Part shown: one piece after another, positions 13,150 to 28,410 of the stretch | Layout: each line of letters starts with the position of its first letter | Numbering within the stretch: position 1 is the stretch's first letter | Assembly: GCA_011109175.1 (NCBI GenBank) | Contig: RDEW01000005.1 | Coordinates: 1,608,657 to 1,672,656, forward strand | Length of the DNA stretch: 64,000 nucleotides | Direction of reading: 5' to 3' | DNA from: Dicyema japonicum | Taxonomy: Eukaryota > Animalia > Dicyemida | Notes under the pieces: generated by a model | The model's database searches: none | Told to the model about the DNA's origin: nothing | The model's input: the letters and a program-made list of their open reading frames with translations, nothing else | Translations under genes and position numbers: made by a program

Positions 13150-13375
13150 CACAAGGTTCTACACAAGGACCTGACCAATGTAGGACGAAAGCTGAAAACT
13201 GGAGATGATCTGGATACGCTCGGAATAACTGCCTGTAATCGCGGAGCATGGAGGAAGTTGGTCAAGAGAATTGTGGAAAAAAATAACCTGAAAAAATACG
13301 GCACAAGCGGAACCTTAATTAAATAAATTACATTTTTGGTTCTTCGAAAGTGCTATTAATAATAATAATGACCTC
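13150..13375 (+). mobile_element. RTE 3' end
   Basis: KDLTNVGRKLKTGDDLD...NRGAWRKLVKRI, terminus CACAAGCGGAACCTTAA...GAAAGTGCTAT(TAA)n. Homologous to 53085-53300. Confidence 0.75.
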
Positions 13376-13379
13376 AAAG

Positions 13380-14476
13380 CTATGATAAATATTAGTAATT
13401 CCAACATGGCTTCAAGGAAGGATTATCAACAACCTCCTTCCTAACAACATTAATGAAGTTCATAACTGAAGGACACAAGAACAAGCCAAAACATAAAAAT
13501 CGGTCATATGTACAATCGACATTCAAAAAGCATTCGACTCTGTCCCAAGGAAGATCCTCATACAAAAATATTTTTGACAAAAATTGATGCACCACTAAAG
13601 TTATGGTTAGCAGATTTCTTAAGTGGACGCCGAGGGAAAGTGTCCGTCGGAAACAAGAGTTCCAGATCGAGATTATTACCCAATGGTGTACCCCAGGGAT
13701 CTCCTCTGTCACCAATCCTTTTAATTTGTTTTTGAATGATCTCCCGTACCTATGAATAATAATGACATGCTACTTTCCTATGCCGATGACATAGTAGGAC
13801 GTAAATGTCGAACATGCTAAAGACTACAAGGAATACTAAATAACATATTTGGATGGTTGTGCGAAAATCGATTAAATGCATGTCCCGAAAAGTCAGCAGT
13901 CACTCTATTTACTAAGAATAGAAAGATGGGAACGCAAACAATTGATGTCACGTTAAATGGAGTACCTATACCACAAAAGAAATCGCAGAAGATACTGGGA
14001 GTAACTTTTGATACTTTCCTCTGCTTCTCAGCCCATGTGGAATCCATCAACCTGTGCAAAGAAGATCAATTTTGTAAAAGCCTTCCTTTGGAACTGTGGA
14101 GGAATTTATCCGCCAGGTATCGGGACCCTCTACAACAGTATGTCGAGCCAACAATAGGCTATGCATGTGCTGCATGGGGATCTAACCTGTCGGCAACGAA
14201 CCTAACAAAAATTCAAGAGATCCAGTCAAGAGCAATAAAATTACTGGAAAAATATACAGATAAAGAAATTACCCCCAGAGCACTCGAGTTTATCATAGAA
14301 ACAACTGGAGGCAATTTCAGAAGAGGAGGAAAAGACTCCCGTCCGTATAGAAAATGTGTGGGATCACGGTCGGAGCATCGAGAAAAAATGGCCCGATTAT
14401 TGAGAGATGCCGGGATCACCTGAATATTAGTTAGTGGTTAAGACGGTGTTTCTTTGGCTTAAATAATAATAATAAT
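13380..14476 (+). mobile_element. Vingi-like LINE, 5'-truncated (RT to 3' end)
   Basis: QHGF, DIQKAFDSVP, LPNGVPQGSPLSP, YADD, KILGVTFD, IGYACAAWG. Ends DAGIT* with a (TAA)n tail. Confidence 0.88.
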
Positions 14477-14540
14477 CTCAGCTGGTTCTTCATAAGGAAT
14501 CTCAAAACTGTAGAGCCTTAATGACGGATTCCATAATCCT

Positions 14541-14990
14541 TTACCATGCGAACCAAAAAATTAATAATAAAAATACCTTATCTCCTACTTTAAAGTCATA
14601 TTTTGACTGATGAACATACATTTGAATTATCTTCCATCTCCATCTCTTTTGCTGATTGAAAAGAAACATATCAAACTCTAACCACATTTTAATTAAAATA
14701 ATAACTTTGTATTTGTTGGTTTCTTTCCAAATGGCATATTCATTGTAAACATCAATTACAGTTAAAATCCATTTGTAGTCTTCATTTGAAGTACTCAAAT
14801 TTTTGACATCACGTCTACTTGGAATCGTTCATTTGGTCTAGAAGCAATCAAATGACGCTTAAAGTCAGAAATAACTATATTAATTCTATACTTTAAGAAG
14901 AATGAAAACCTGCATATTGAACAATCTTTACAACGGCTTCAATAACTGGAGAAGCTCAACTCTTTCCACAAAAAACAACCACGACTTCTC
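14541..14990 (-). mobile_element. Retroviral-type integrase relic (Ginger/gypsy/Polinton-like)
   Basis: LIASRPNERFQVDV...NEDYKWILTVIDVY corresponds to the first catalytic-Asp region of DDE integrases. Confidence 0.6.
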
Positions 14991-15079
14991 CTGAGCATCT
15001 ACTGGCCAAAACGGATGGAATAAAGTGACTTGGGCGAAATGAAATGTAGGTAAAATATGTCACCAGTTCACAAGTCACG

Positions 15080-15352
15080 TATTAGTTATAGCTCCTCCCA
15101 GGCAGGACACACACTTTATTTTAAGTAAAGAACAGTTATGAGGGAGAACCAAATAATGATCTTCACTTTTTTTATGTTGGGTCTGAGTCCTTTTGTAGAT
15201 GATCCGGTTCCACAATGAGATGCTCACTGTTAACGGCGTCAAGCCAAAGCATTGTAGATGCGTGGAACTTTCAGTCGGAATGTACAGCAGCGAGATTCGA
15301 AATAGGGGCAATCAGGCTTTTATCTCGGCACTCGTTGCACTGCACCACTTTC
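15080..15352 (-). mobile_element. tRNA-derived SINE, copy 1
   Basis: Head with A-box-like TGGTGCAGTGC and B-box-like ATTTCGAATCT. Body and 3' end shared with 22755-23015, 47420-47714 and 54640-54830. Confidence 0.75.
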
Positions 15353-15639
15353 GGACTCCCGGTTTAAGCAGAAATACTAATTTAGTAATCGATAGAATCT
15401 ATCACAGGAAAAATGAAAAAATCTCACAAATCTTGGTAAAATTCCTAGGAGACAACGTCCTTCCACGCTCACTGCGGGAGTGGTTACTAAAATTGATTTT
15501 CTTTACTAATCTACGGAAATTGTCTTAAACCACAAGTCCAATAAAAATTCCAATCGATGGACACAAAATAATTTATTGACCAAAATACATAAAAACTTTA
15601 TAAATTATTAAAAATGTTGCATTACGAAAAAAATAAGCC

Positions 15640-17640
<2,001 letters not shown>

Positions 17641-18359
17641 TAAATTTGGTTCTATTTTGAAGAATGACCGTCGATAAAATTAATTATTGTTAAAGAAACA
17701 TTAAAATTTAAATCAAGTTTATTAAATTTAAATTTATTGTAATTTTTTATTTTATTATTTTTAATTTTCATAAAGTTTTTTTCAAGATTACTTTTTCATT
17801 GTCTAAAATTTTAGCTTTTGTTAGGTATCTTTGGTTACTTTAAATTATCGAATCTATCGATTTTTATGTAAACAAAAACTTCAAAAATTTTTTTGTTTAA
17901 AAATCGATATTAAATTTTTGTAATTTTAAACTTTATGCCCGCGAGACCCCACGCAACCAGATTAATTTGAGATTGTGGTTGCGCCATTCTCTACACGTAT
18001 CAAGGCACAGATATACAAAGTATCAACATCTGTAACTTCATAAGTGTTTGCAACTTAAGCACATCTGACGCATGAGAGTGTTGAGAACCCCCACTATATA
18101 GGGAAGAAAAAGATTAGTGCCACCTTTTGATGCTATCATACTATTAGGCAGGCCACTACTTGGGGTCACCAGAAGAAATGAGAAGAGAAGCAACTACTAA
18201 AAGAAGCAAGGAAGTCACTTTGGTTACTTTTAACATGGGCATCATTACAAAACCTGTGATGGGTGGAAATCGTCCATGGGAATGCTTGGTGACTCTTAGC
18301 AGATGGTGCAGTCGGATAAAGAGCTTAATGTTAATTATTAGATTGTAAATTAATAGAAT

Positions 18360-18470
18360 TGCGATCTTGATGACACATGAAAGAAATATAAAGTTAGTTA
18401 AGGTTCCCCTGTGCTGCGCTGACAACTCTATGAACCATTCTTATCCAAGGTCCCTTCTTTCTAACTAATT
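18360..18470 (-). mobile_element. RTE 3'-end relic
   Basis: CAGCACAGGGGAACCTTAACTAAC terminus, shared with the other RTE ends. Confidence 0.45.
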
Positions 18471-18493
18471 TCCTCGTTGAAAAAACTATAATA

Positions 18494-19520
18494 TAGTATA
18501 ACCTCCATTTGAGGCATTCATTTTGAAAAATTGCCCCCAAAAATGGAGGTCCGACATTTTCTTCATTTTTATAAAAAATTTAACAGTTTTAACATATTTT
18601 CCATTAATTTTATTGATAACTAATGTATTTTTTAATTGTGATAGTCTTGCACAGGGAAACAAACAGTGAATATTCTCCTCAAGGTTATTCATTGCTGTTA
18701 TTGTGTCCAAATGTGGAAAGTTGCATTCAGTTTGGTCATGTGACTTGTCATCATTTTCTTCTTCATTTTCAGTAATTACATCAGCAATTATGGTGTCCAA
18801 ATTTTCTTTCTCATTACAGTCGAACCTCGATTTGGAACAAAAATTAACACCAAAATAAATTTAATAATTTAATTAATGCAAGAAAGTCTTAAAAATCATT
18901 ATTTATTGAAAAATAATCATCAATTCTATTTCCATGTCAATAGTTTTTCTTCAAACTACAGAATAAATTTTGTCTGAAGCAGTAAAAATCCTTTAACGAA
19001 AAATATCTAGAAGTGATTCTTCCAATTCATTAATTTTTCTTAAATTTTTCCAACCAGCCATTGGACCCTTTGAACGGCGAATAATTCGACACTTTTGCTA
19101 CTTTAGAAGCAATATTTTTTAAAAAGTACAGGACACAAGAATAAATTTATTCCTTGTCTTGGTAAAAGCCTCTAAAACGATTTTATCCAATTTTTTAGAT
19201 AAAGTATTAGGAGAGCATTGATTTTTTTAGAGAAAAGATGTTTGAACAGTTTCAGTATTAAAAAATTGAGAAAATTTTTTATACGTGATACAGCCCCTAC
19301 AGCGCCTAAAAACTGAAATTACTAAACATAACCACAAGAATGCAAAAATTACACGAGGCTTCCAAAATAAAATTTATATAATTAATTTTAATATTAATAG
19401 AAAATATGTATGTAAATTAAAAATCCAGTGCCCCACTTAGAGGTTCCGATAATTTCCAAATTTGGAAAATACCGCATAAAAATCATTTTCAAACTACCCC
19501 CAAAAATAGAGGTCATACTG
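18494..19520 (-). mobile_element. pogo/Tigger (Tc1-mariner superfamily) element, internally deleted
   Basis: TIRs (C/T)AGTAT(A/G)ACCTC(C/T)ATTT at both ends, each flanked by TA. Internal FKGSNGWLEKFKK is the CENP-B HTH signature. Confidence 0.8.
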
Positions 19521-19799
19521 TACTACCTTTTAAATTATTTAAAGATAATCTCATGAATGGTAAAATTTGAGATTTTTAATTCATTTATTTATTGTTATTA
19601 AAAAATTTTAAGAGAGCTTAATTTAGGGAGTTTGAATGGCCATGCTGTTTCCTCTGATGATATCTATCGAGATACGCTCTCGATACCATCCAGCGATATT
19701 AATTAACTAACAATTCCATTGTTCTCCCGTCGAGAAAGACGGTTCTTATCAAAGTCCCTTAATTTGAGTCAGAAGGAATTAGACGCATATATTAGGACA

Positions 19800-21130
19800 T
19801 CCGATGCTTTTCTATTTCAATATTTTGAGTTTTCAATGTCTCCTACGTCCATTAAGAAAAAAGACGATAGGTTATATCAACCTTGAAGAAATGAATACAT
19901 TGAGTGCATTCTGGTGGTCCAGGGTAAGCAAAGAGATCCTTTATCACTCTACCAGCCAGAGGCGAATGATGACCACATTGCAAGCGAGGTGTTCCACTTA
20001 GACGGCCCTTGGAATAAGCAATTCTGAAGCGCTAATCTCAGGAGGTCTCGCTCCAATATCTTATTCTCTTTGAGAGATCGTATGACATTCGTAAATCCGA
20101 AGTCACTTATGCTTTTGATCCAAGTTTGGTCATTTGCCGGAGGTAGGATTTTCCTGAGTCTTCTTTGGGGATCAATGAAGGTTCTTTGTATGTACATTGG
20201 ATTCAAGTAATGGGCAGGTTGGGTGGTTAAGGTCAAACGATTGTAAGAGATATTGTAAGCTCCTCATTTCGAGGTAATCACTCAAAAGCAGGATCTTTGA
20301 CTCCAAGTGTAAATGGTCAACGGAAGATGATTTTAACTCTCAATGCTGAATGCATGCTGCAGCTTTAGTATGAGGGAGAGTGATATACATGGAGCCTGCT
20401 TGGGAGGCATAATTCAGTGTTGTCCTGATGAATTGCTTGTACAGAAGTGTTAGACACTACTTTTGTTGATCAGTCGAGTAAGCTACTCTTGAGGGATATT
20501 TTGTGTTTGCTTTAGTGCAAAAAAATTCAAAGTGTTCAGTCGGACAATAAATTTAGAGGTTTGGACTGAGGCCAATTAGACGCTTTCATCCTTTGATGAA
20601 AATATAAGATCAGCGGGTATGACAGATAGAGCGTTTTCTGAGTCATTGAAATGTCGCTTAGGTAAAAAGTTAGTGGGAAAGAACAGATCCGTGAGGAACA
20701 TCGTTGGAAAGGTATCGAAATCGGGCATGGGAAAGTCTTCCAGCAAGAAAATTTGTGGGCCACGATTTACAAAATTAGAGGATATTTGATGACCTGATCT
20801 TATTTGAAAGGTGCGGTCAGAGGCTTTTTCCAATTCGATTGAGGCCAGAAAAGTTCTTTCGGGAGTTTTAGAATTGTTGAAACTCTGAGCAATAAACTAC
20901 GTCCAAGTGGAGAGACGAGAAGAGTGAAGGGGAAGAAAGCCATATTATGAAGGTTGAGGTGGCCTGAAATCTCGTTCAAGACAATTCTTTCCAAAATCTC
21001 GATACAACTGAGGTAAGAGAAATGGGTCTGTATGAGGAAGGGTAGGAGGAGTCTTTCAAGGACCTTTCTATTTCCGCCTTAAAAAATTATCCAATTCCGT
21101 TTTCCTGTAGCTTAGTTCTGAGATGACTTG
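19800..21130 (-). mobile_element. Vingi-like RT and C-terminal region, degenerate
   Basis: PSSYRPISLTSVVS..LERIVL, SIELEKA(S)DR, a degenerate YADD (PADLI) and a downstream C-terminal region. Confidence 0.7.
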
Positions 21131-22754
21131 TTCTCCTATGGCGTTTGATGATTATTCTACATAATAAATAATTAATTAAATATTTAAAATTAACTCAATA
21201 AATTAATGAAATTCTTTAATATGCTTATCAAATATTTTTAAGACTTTTTAGAAGGAACTGTGAACGTAAGCTTGGCGGTCGTCCCGTAGTCACTACCAGG
21301 CAAACTAATAAATAGTTACTTGGCAGAAAGAGAAGGTGGGTCTGATGGTTACAATTGTATGCAGTCCGCTCCACGAGCGAGTGACCCACGTGAAAACCAA
21401 GTCAAATACTTTCTCAAGAAGTTGTTTACATCGTTACTCCTATCCAGTACTTCCGAAAACCTAAGTCCTACAAGAAATGTGGAAGACGCGTTCGCTGTCA
21501 AAGACTACAGAATCCGATATGTGGAGTTGTTTGACTTTGTGTGCTTTGCGAGAACTTTTACGGAATAAAGTCAAGTGTAGCGTTGCTAGGATTTTTTATT
21601 TCTTACTTGTCCACCAGATATACTCAAGTATAACAAGAAAATCTGGAAAACTCATCCAGATTACTTTAATCGGGATCCAAAGGTGGTCCCAAGGTTTAAA
21701 ATTCTGAAACATCAAGGAAGTCATCTTGAATTGTGGAAAATATTGTGCCTCACTTATATGTGGACAAAAAATCAGGCGAACTACGAAATCAACGGGGATA
21801 ATCGGTGCAACTTTGTCGAGAGACATGTGAGGGATGATTCAAAGAACCAATTTTATCGAGATTGATGAGACAATTTTCCGCGGAAAGTATCACCATGGAT
21901 ACTGGCGACAGTGACAGTGTGTTCTCGGTGGCATAGAATGTCATTTTTATTGGAAATTAGTAAGATGTCTCTGCTCAATTGATTCGATTCTCAAATTTCT
22001 CTCCCTTTCCTCTGTTCCTTTGTTTCCCTCCTTCAACAAGAGTGGTTTCACGTGGATCCACTTGTCTCAAGTGACTTCCACTTCCAGTATGAGATGGAAA
22101 AAATTATCCCCTACTATTTTGTTGAATCATTCTTTGGAAGCATTCCCATTGCTGCTACTCGAAGTTTGCTATTCCTCCGCTGATCCTGGGTGGACTTGCA
22201 TGTGATATTGAAAGTCTCTGTTCCGTTACGGTGGGAAGTTGATATATTTAATTAGTTTTTGACTATCAAACATGGTTCTCGTCAGCTTACCGAATCATAA
22301 AGGGTGGGTTATCGTATCAAGTGTTAATCCTCAAAATATTAAAAACTCTCGAGAACTAATCTATCTTTGATTCCTTTGTTCTTTTCAAAACGGACTAGTT
22401 AGCGTCATGGATCTGTCTGATTCGGAAGACGCCCAGTGCTTGGCCGAAATCCAAAAACTACTAACTTTTCTATTACAGTAAGAGTTCCCACAATTGACGT
22501 GATGCTTGGAAATAACCGATATTCTAAAAATCCATTGTTTCGTTCTGCGTTCCCACTATGCATCCCTCTTTTTAAAAAAAATGCATTTCTAAAAAATTAT
22601 GGTTGAATAAACAACTAAATGCGTCATTAAAATTTATCAAATTAAGCATTCGAATTAATGAACTGAGAGATTATGAGCCTTATAACCTCATAATGAACAA
22701 GTATCCTTTGTGAAGTAAAGTCTGGATCTCTTAGTGTCATAAATACTGGACAAA

Positions 22755-23015
22755 ATTCAGATGTTTTCGATTCGAACCTTGCTCCTACCTATTCCGACTG
22801 AAGGTTCCCTCCATCTAAGATGCATCCAAGCTTGACTTAGCGGCTCCGCGTTAGTGATATCTCACTGCAGAACTTGACTGTCTAAAGGGACTCACACACA
22901 ACCAAAAGAAAAAAAGAAAAAACATTCCTTGACCCCCTTTTAACGATTAGTTATCATAGCTGTCCTTTACTCCTAAAATAAAGCGTGTGTCCTGCACATG
23001 GAACTATAAGTATTA
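22755..23015 (+). mobile_element. tRNA-derived SINE, copy 2
   Basis: ATTCCGACTGAAGGTTCC...GCTTGAC and 3' AAAATAAAGCGTGTGTCCTGC...GCTATAA-like end match the reverse complement of 15080-15290. Confidence 0.7.
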
Positions 23016-23149
23016 TGGCCCTCGTAATGTGCTACTACAACTACATCCTCTGTAAAGTCCCATTTTTTGAGGATGATTAAAGTCAAATTTATTGGCGGCT
23101 GAAATTGCGCATTCGGTTTCTATAAATAGTTAATTTACGATGACGTGCT

Positions 23150-23862
23150 AAAATGGTAATTTTTATTTGTAGCTGATCTAGCTTGTTCATAGAGAATTTA
23201 GTCAGAATTCAAATTTTCACAAAAGTTCTCTAACATTTGACCAAACTGTTAAACTGACGCTTTTAGAAGTTATTTCATCGTTTTTAAAAAAGCGGAGTGA
23301 AACTTTGGATCCGCTTCGTGGTCTTAAATTATGTTCATTTAAGATTCCATTGCTGATCTTGGAATCACGTGTTCTGACAAAGAATGGACGTCATTTGTGG
23401 AAAAATATTGTCCAGATCAGCAAAGGATTGGGAACAATAAATTCCTGAATAAACTGTTGGACGATATAACAAACGTTGCAGTTTTTCAAGGAAGAAGAAA
23501 TTGCGCGAATCTTCCACAAAATGTTGCTACTTGTTTTATTCGAGGTCCCACTTGGACGGATGACCTTGGATCTGGTGAAAATACTTCAAAGAATCAAGAA
23601 AAAATGGAGAAAATTTCGCAGAGATCTTTTACTAAGAGACCTCAGTCATAATGGATTTATAAAGGTCTCTGAATTTATGGATATTTTGAATTGGTAATTT
23701 AAGCCTTATTTTAGGAATAAAATTAATCTAAATCCTCTTGAAGAATATTCTTTGATGGAATACTTTGATCCTCACTTTAATGGAGTGATCAGTTACTGGC
23801 ATTTTCTTAGGCTAATAATTCCCTTACACAAGACTACACAATCCACAGTTCCGCTTAATTAA
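23150..23862 (+). CDS. EF-hand calcium-binding protein (EFCAB6-like C-terminal pair), start uncertain
   Basis: Spliced reading gives KKWRKFRRDLLLRDLSHNGFIKVSEFMDILN and EYFDPHFNGVISYWHFLRL, two EF-hand-like loops. Stop at 23860-23862. Confidence 0.55.
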
Positions 23863-23935
23863 TCGTTGATCCGAAAATGATTTTAATTATTGATTTTAAT
23901 ACTTTAAGTGCTTTTAGCAGATTGTGAGATAATTT

Positions 23936-24005
23936 GGGTTGCCTAGTGGTTAAGGTGTCGTACTTGTAAAAAATGGTCGTGAGTTTGATCCTCTATGGTG
24001 GCTAC
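23936..24005 (+). other. tRNA-like relic (pseudo-tRNA or SINE head)
   Basis: A-box TAGTGGTTAAG and B-box GAGTTTGATCC at tRNA spacing, but no acceptor stem can be formed. Confidence 0.4.
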
Positions 24006-24629
24006 TTGAACGAAAAGTTCTCTTCGTTACCTCAGTTACTTCAATCCATTTCTTCGTTAAAGTGGTATCATATGGTCTCAGGTGGCGATCAGTGCCAGGA
24101 CTCTTTTCTTGGAGATTTTAGTTTTTCTTGACTTCCCTAGATCATCATTCCTTGAAGGGGTTCCTTTTGGTTTAGTGGTTTTTTCGTGAGAAGGCTAAAA
24201 ATGTGGTCTACCCTCGATCAAATAAATTTTTATATTCCGACATAATTAATGAAATTGCTGCTTTTTAGCAATGGAGATCAACCGGACGAGCACTCGGTTT
24301 CACGGATGAGAAAAGACAGTGATCTTCCGATTATGCCTTCAGTTGTTTTAACACAATACTGCGGAATGTGAACAAATCCATGAGCCTTTGTACTTCTCTT
24401 TGAATTCATGCATTTACAACGCTCCTAATGATGTTTGTAGAAGAGAAATGATGCACGCGGCGTCACAAAGTTTAAGAATATTTTCGATAAAAGAATTATA
24501 TTAATTAGTTAAAGCACTTCAACTGTCAACCACTAAACCGACAAAATTTCTTAAACAATTTATTTAAAAATTATTTAAAAACATTATTTTCAGGACAATT
24601 TTATTATAATTTTCTCATAACTGCATACA

Positions 24630-25170
24630 TTTTTTACAGAACGCCGCTTACCACGTGACATCCTCATCATGACTAAGAAACTCCGGAAGTGGAATATACT
24701 GAAGGAAATTATAAAGAAGAGCCCATTTTCTCTTGTCGACTGCATGACCAAACTCTAAAACCAGTTCATTACCTCATCAATCGAATACGCTTTTCCCGCA
24801 TAGAGGTTTGAGGAATCCTGTTCCAAACTCGACAAATTAAATTCAACTAGACGAAGAACTTTACGTTTACTTCCACCGCTGTTAAAACTCTCCACTCTCT
24901 CTTTAAAGGAATCCACAATAAAATATGGCTGTGGTTTCCTGCGTTTTGCATAGAACCAGGAAACTCATCGGGTGATCACGGAGAGGAATGCTGATCGGTG
25001 TCCCAAGGAAGGACACCCCTTTGTAAGCATTCGCGGAGGCTCAACCGTTTTAAAGTTGTGTCAGTGTAGGACCAAAACGATTTTTGAGATTATTAGAAGC
25101 TGGGGTCACTTAATTAGTTGTTTTTAACATCTTTCTTGATCTCGGAGTTCTCAAAAAATAAATAATAATT
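24630..25170 (+). mobile_element. Vingi-like 3' fragment
   Basis: Similar to 46340-46890. Ends GGGGTCACTTAA with a T-rich UTR and ATAAT tail. Confidence 0.7.
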
Positions 25171-26177
25171 TCACCATAAAAAATATTTTTTTCAAAAACC
25201 AAAAACCTCATTTTAATTGGCGAAAACCACATAATCAAACCGTGAAGTTGGTTAGAATTATGACCTTGACTTTCATCAATCGTGAAGCTAAGTGGACATT
25301 TTATGCAATGAAGGTACGTCATCGGTTCATTTTTTGTGATCATCTTAGTTTTAGTAAATTCATGATCCCCGCCGACATAATCGACGTTGCGTTGCCTCTC
25401 ACGATTCAACAGAGATTAACTGGAAGCCACTTTTTAGTGTAGCCAAGCTTAAGTATTAAATGACGTCAGAGTTATTGCTTTTATAGATAGAATTTGTCAG
25501 GCAAATCTACATTCTCAGAATAAAGATTACTGTCACTAACATAATAATCAGTCAGCGACTTGTGATGGGAGACAGATGTGAATGCAGCCTATTAGTCTAA
25601 ACCACAATAAAACTTATATCGTTTTTCGATAATATTTTCGACAATTTAGATTTAATTAACCACAAAAACTGGAAAAAATAGTTAACACTAATTAAAATGA
25701 TCATATAACAGTACAGAAGAACCTTTGAAAATTCACAAGATAAATCGCCTTAATCGTGATAATATAATCTACTAGAACTTACCACTATTTAGCTGAACAA
25801 CATGAAAAATAGTCATGTTGTTCAGCTAAACTCCTCTTACATCATACATGAATTATATTCACTTGGTGTAATAAATGTCGAATAGTTCTTATACCACCAT
25901 CCTTGCTCGCTGGTATTTGGATTTTATATCCCCCATGCCAATTTACAGCATGCATTCCGGATCTATCTAGGAGTTCAACGAATTTTCTTCTTTGTTTTCA
26001 TACCTCCCAGAATATAAATCCTGTCTACTTCCCTTATATATTATACTCAGAATTTGCAGGAGGCATTCTTTCTGAATCAATTCAATCACTTCGACCGACT
26101 ACCAAATAAATAAAAACTTGATAACAGTCTATTTTATCGGGGTACCAAACAAAAGCCGAGAGAATCTTTATTAATAA

Positions 26178-27578
26178 TCAAACATTGTTAAATAAATAAG
26201 ATTTATGCTGAAAACTTAATTCTTTCAAAGTATCAACAAGTAAGTCCAAATCAGAGATCTCCATCGAGCAATTCAAAGTAACTTTGATGCTACAATAGAA
26301 AAAATTATTGTACCAGGGTGGATGACGAATCATCTGAGAATAATAAGGACTCCGGGAGTGCATCATAACAACTGCAATTCCCCTGTTTCTTCCTTCTCTA
26401 ACAACATGTTCCATAAGTTCGATATTCACGTGCTTCATAATGATGACCGGAACCCTTTGATCTCCTCCAAACTCAAATTGCGGTAATTCAATTGAAAGTC
26501 TACCCCGGAGATAAGAACTGAGGCTTAGCAGACTGTCGAATCGCCATTGTTCATGGAGAAGAGAGAGTCTAGAAAAAATCGGTTGCACAGTAAATGGAGG
26601 AGATGAGGCTGAAAAACAATATGCATGACCAGCAAGTCTCTGGTGGTGGATTATTGACGAATGTCCCAGACAGAGCCCACCGAGAGAGGCAAAGGAGTTC
26701 TCTAGCGAGAGAATCAGCATATCCACGTCCAATATCGAACACCCTGAAAGCTGAATTACTCCTTTAGGGGCTATAACCCCAACAGAAAGAGACTCGTCGA
26801 GAATAATCCTGGCTTTATACGTGTATTTCAATTCAATCAGCTTTGGGAGATCAACGATATCGAACAATTTCTGGTTCACTCCCTCAGCCACGATGAACTT
26901 CTTAGAGGGAGGACAAATGCTCAATAATTCCTCCAAATGTGCCCAATCATTATGCCGATAAAAATATATCTTCGCACGTGATATCTTGGCTCCGTAGGCG
27001 ATCCATTCCGAACAGGACTCATCCAAGAATAAAGAATCCCCGCTGTACACACAGGAGGGGATCACACTCGAGATCACACAGCAGGAAACTGAGTAGAGAA
27101 TTGCCGCATCAGCGCCCATCCATTCAGCAATTTTTTCCTCCAGTTTTAAGTGACACTCTTTAATGAGTTATACAAACTCACCTATTGTTCCATAGAAACC
27201 ACGTGGACCACAACTTCCTAGCCCACACTCTGCCAAAGCCTGAATCGCACCCTCATCCTCGTTGTTGAGATCACAGAAGTTATATGAACCGAAATTAAGA
27301 CACTCCCTTCCATTTATTGTTGACATTTTCCCCTTTCCGTTAACAACAATAGTCTCCATTTCCTTGCATGGAAAAAAAAGGGGGGTTGGAGTCCAATCTT
27401 TGATTAACTCCTCTTCTTCTTGATATGTCAACTCTTCATTGAGTCTATATTTCTTTTTGAATAGCAAATAGAAGACAAGGAGAATCAGGCCAAGTTCAAA
27501 CACGATGCGGTAAGTCGGAGCTTCCACCGCTGCCCGAAAGTATTCCCCGTATTTCCATAGAAAAAATGGTCCGTACAT
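26178..27578 (-). CDS. SPTLC1: Serine palmitoyltransferase subunit 1 (LCB1)
   Basis: GLGSCGPRGFYGTI, 24-nt intron, ECHLKLEEKIAEWMG...RHND...IILDESLSVG...SLENSFASLGG...HQRLAGHAYCFSASSPP. N-terminal TM segment present. Confidence 0.92.
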
Positions 27579-27934
27579 AAAAAGCCAATGTTTTATTTCA
27601 AAATTTTTTTAATTTTTATTTCATTCTTGTTTAAATTTAATATTGTTTTTAATAATTATTTTTAAATTATTTAATTTTGTGGTTATAAATTAGATAGCCT
27701 TAAAGCCGCTTATGCACGTTGTTGAGTTTGTTGTAATTAAAAAACGACTTGGTTTATTTTTTGTTAAAAATTGCTCTAAATTAATAATCCTATTATTTAA
27801 TCCATAGTAACTTCGACTTATTGATTTTTTCTTAAATTTAAATACTCTTCAAAGTTGATTAAATAAATTGTCCTCAATCTCCAATAAATGGTTTCCTTCA
27901 TTTGAAGGTACCGGTTACACCTCAGAGCAAATAT

Positions 27935-28410
27935 TTATTTAATAAGTATTAAATCCTTTCCAAGTATCCGGCATTATGGGAACCCCTCCATTGGAATAAG
28001 GAAAGGGGGAACCTTTTGGATGCCGCATTCGACGTCTCCAGAATTAAACAACTGCTTAACCTAATGGTTAATTCAAAAATGTAACAATTAGTGACAATGC
28101 ACTTAAAAATTCTGAAACTCCACTGTGGAATCTCAGGGGGACCACAAGAGGAATGTCCGGAAATAATTAAAAATATTCCAAAGACCAAGGATAACCAAAC
28201 TAACTAACTCCTTGATCCTGACTCGTTCAGCGTTCCAGAACTTGTCTCCAGGTAACGACATTGTTCCCGTGGAAAGAATAGTGGATCCTCTTGATGCCTG
28301 CGAGGCATCGGGCGTCTCCTCAGAAGATGGATCCAATGACGCCATCAACGGGAGGGAAAATAATTTTTGACATACTAGCCACATAACACCACATGCCGCC
28401 ACGCGGCCAC
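27935..28410 (-). mobile_element. Short non-autonomous Vingi-like element
   Basis: Head CCGCGTGGCGGCATGTGGTG (about 28385-28408), pseudoknot 28282-28343, 3' end GCCGGATAC..TAA. Confidence 0.7.
28282..28343 (-). ncRNA. Candidate HDV-like double-pseudoknot RNA
   Basis: P1 GGCGTC/GACGCC, P2 TGGATCC/GGATCCA, P4 ATGCC/GGCAT, J4/2 CAAGA. P3 is damaged. Confidence 0.5.

Noticed and set aside
23936-24005. Functional tRNA gene
   Set aside because: A and B boxes are present but the acceptor and anticodon stems do not pair. Kept only as a relic.
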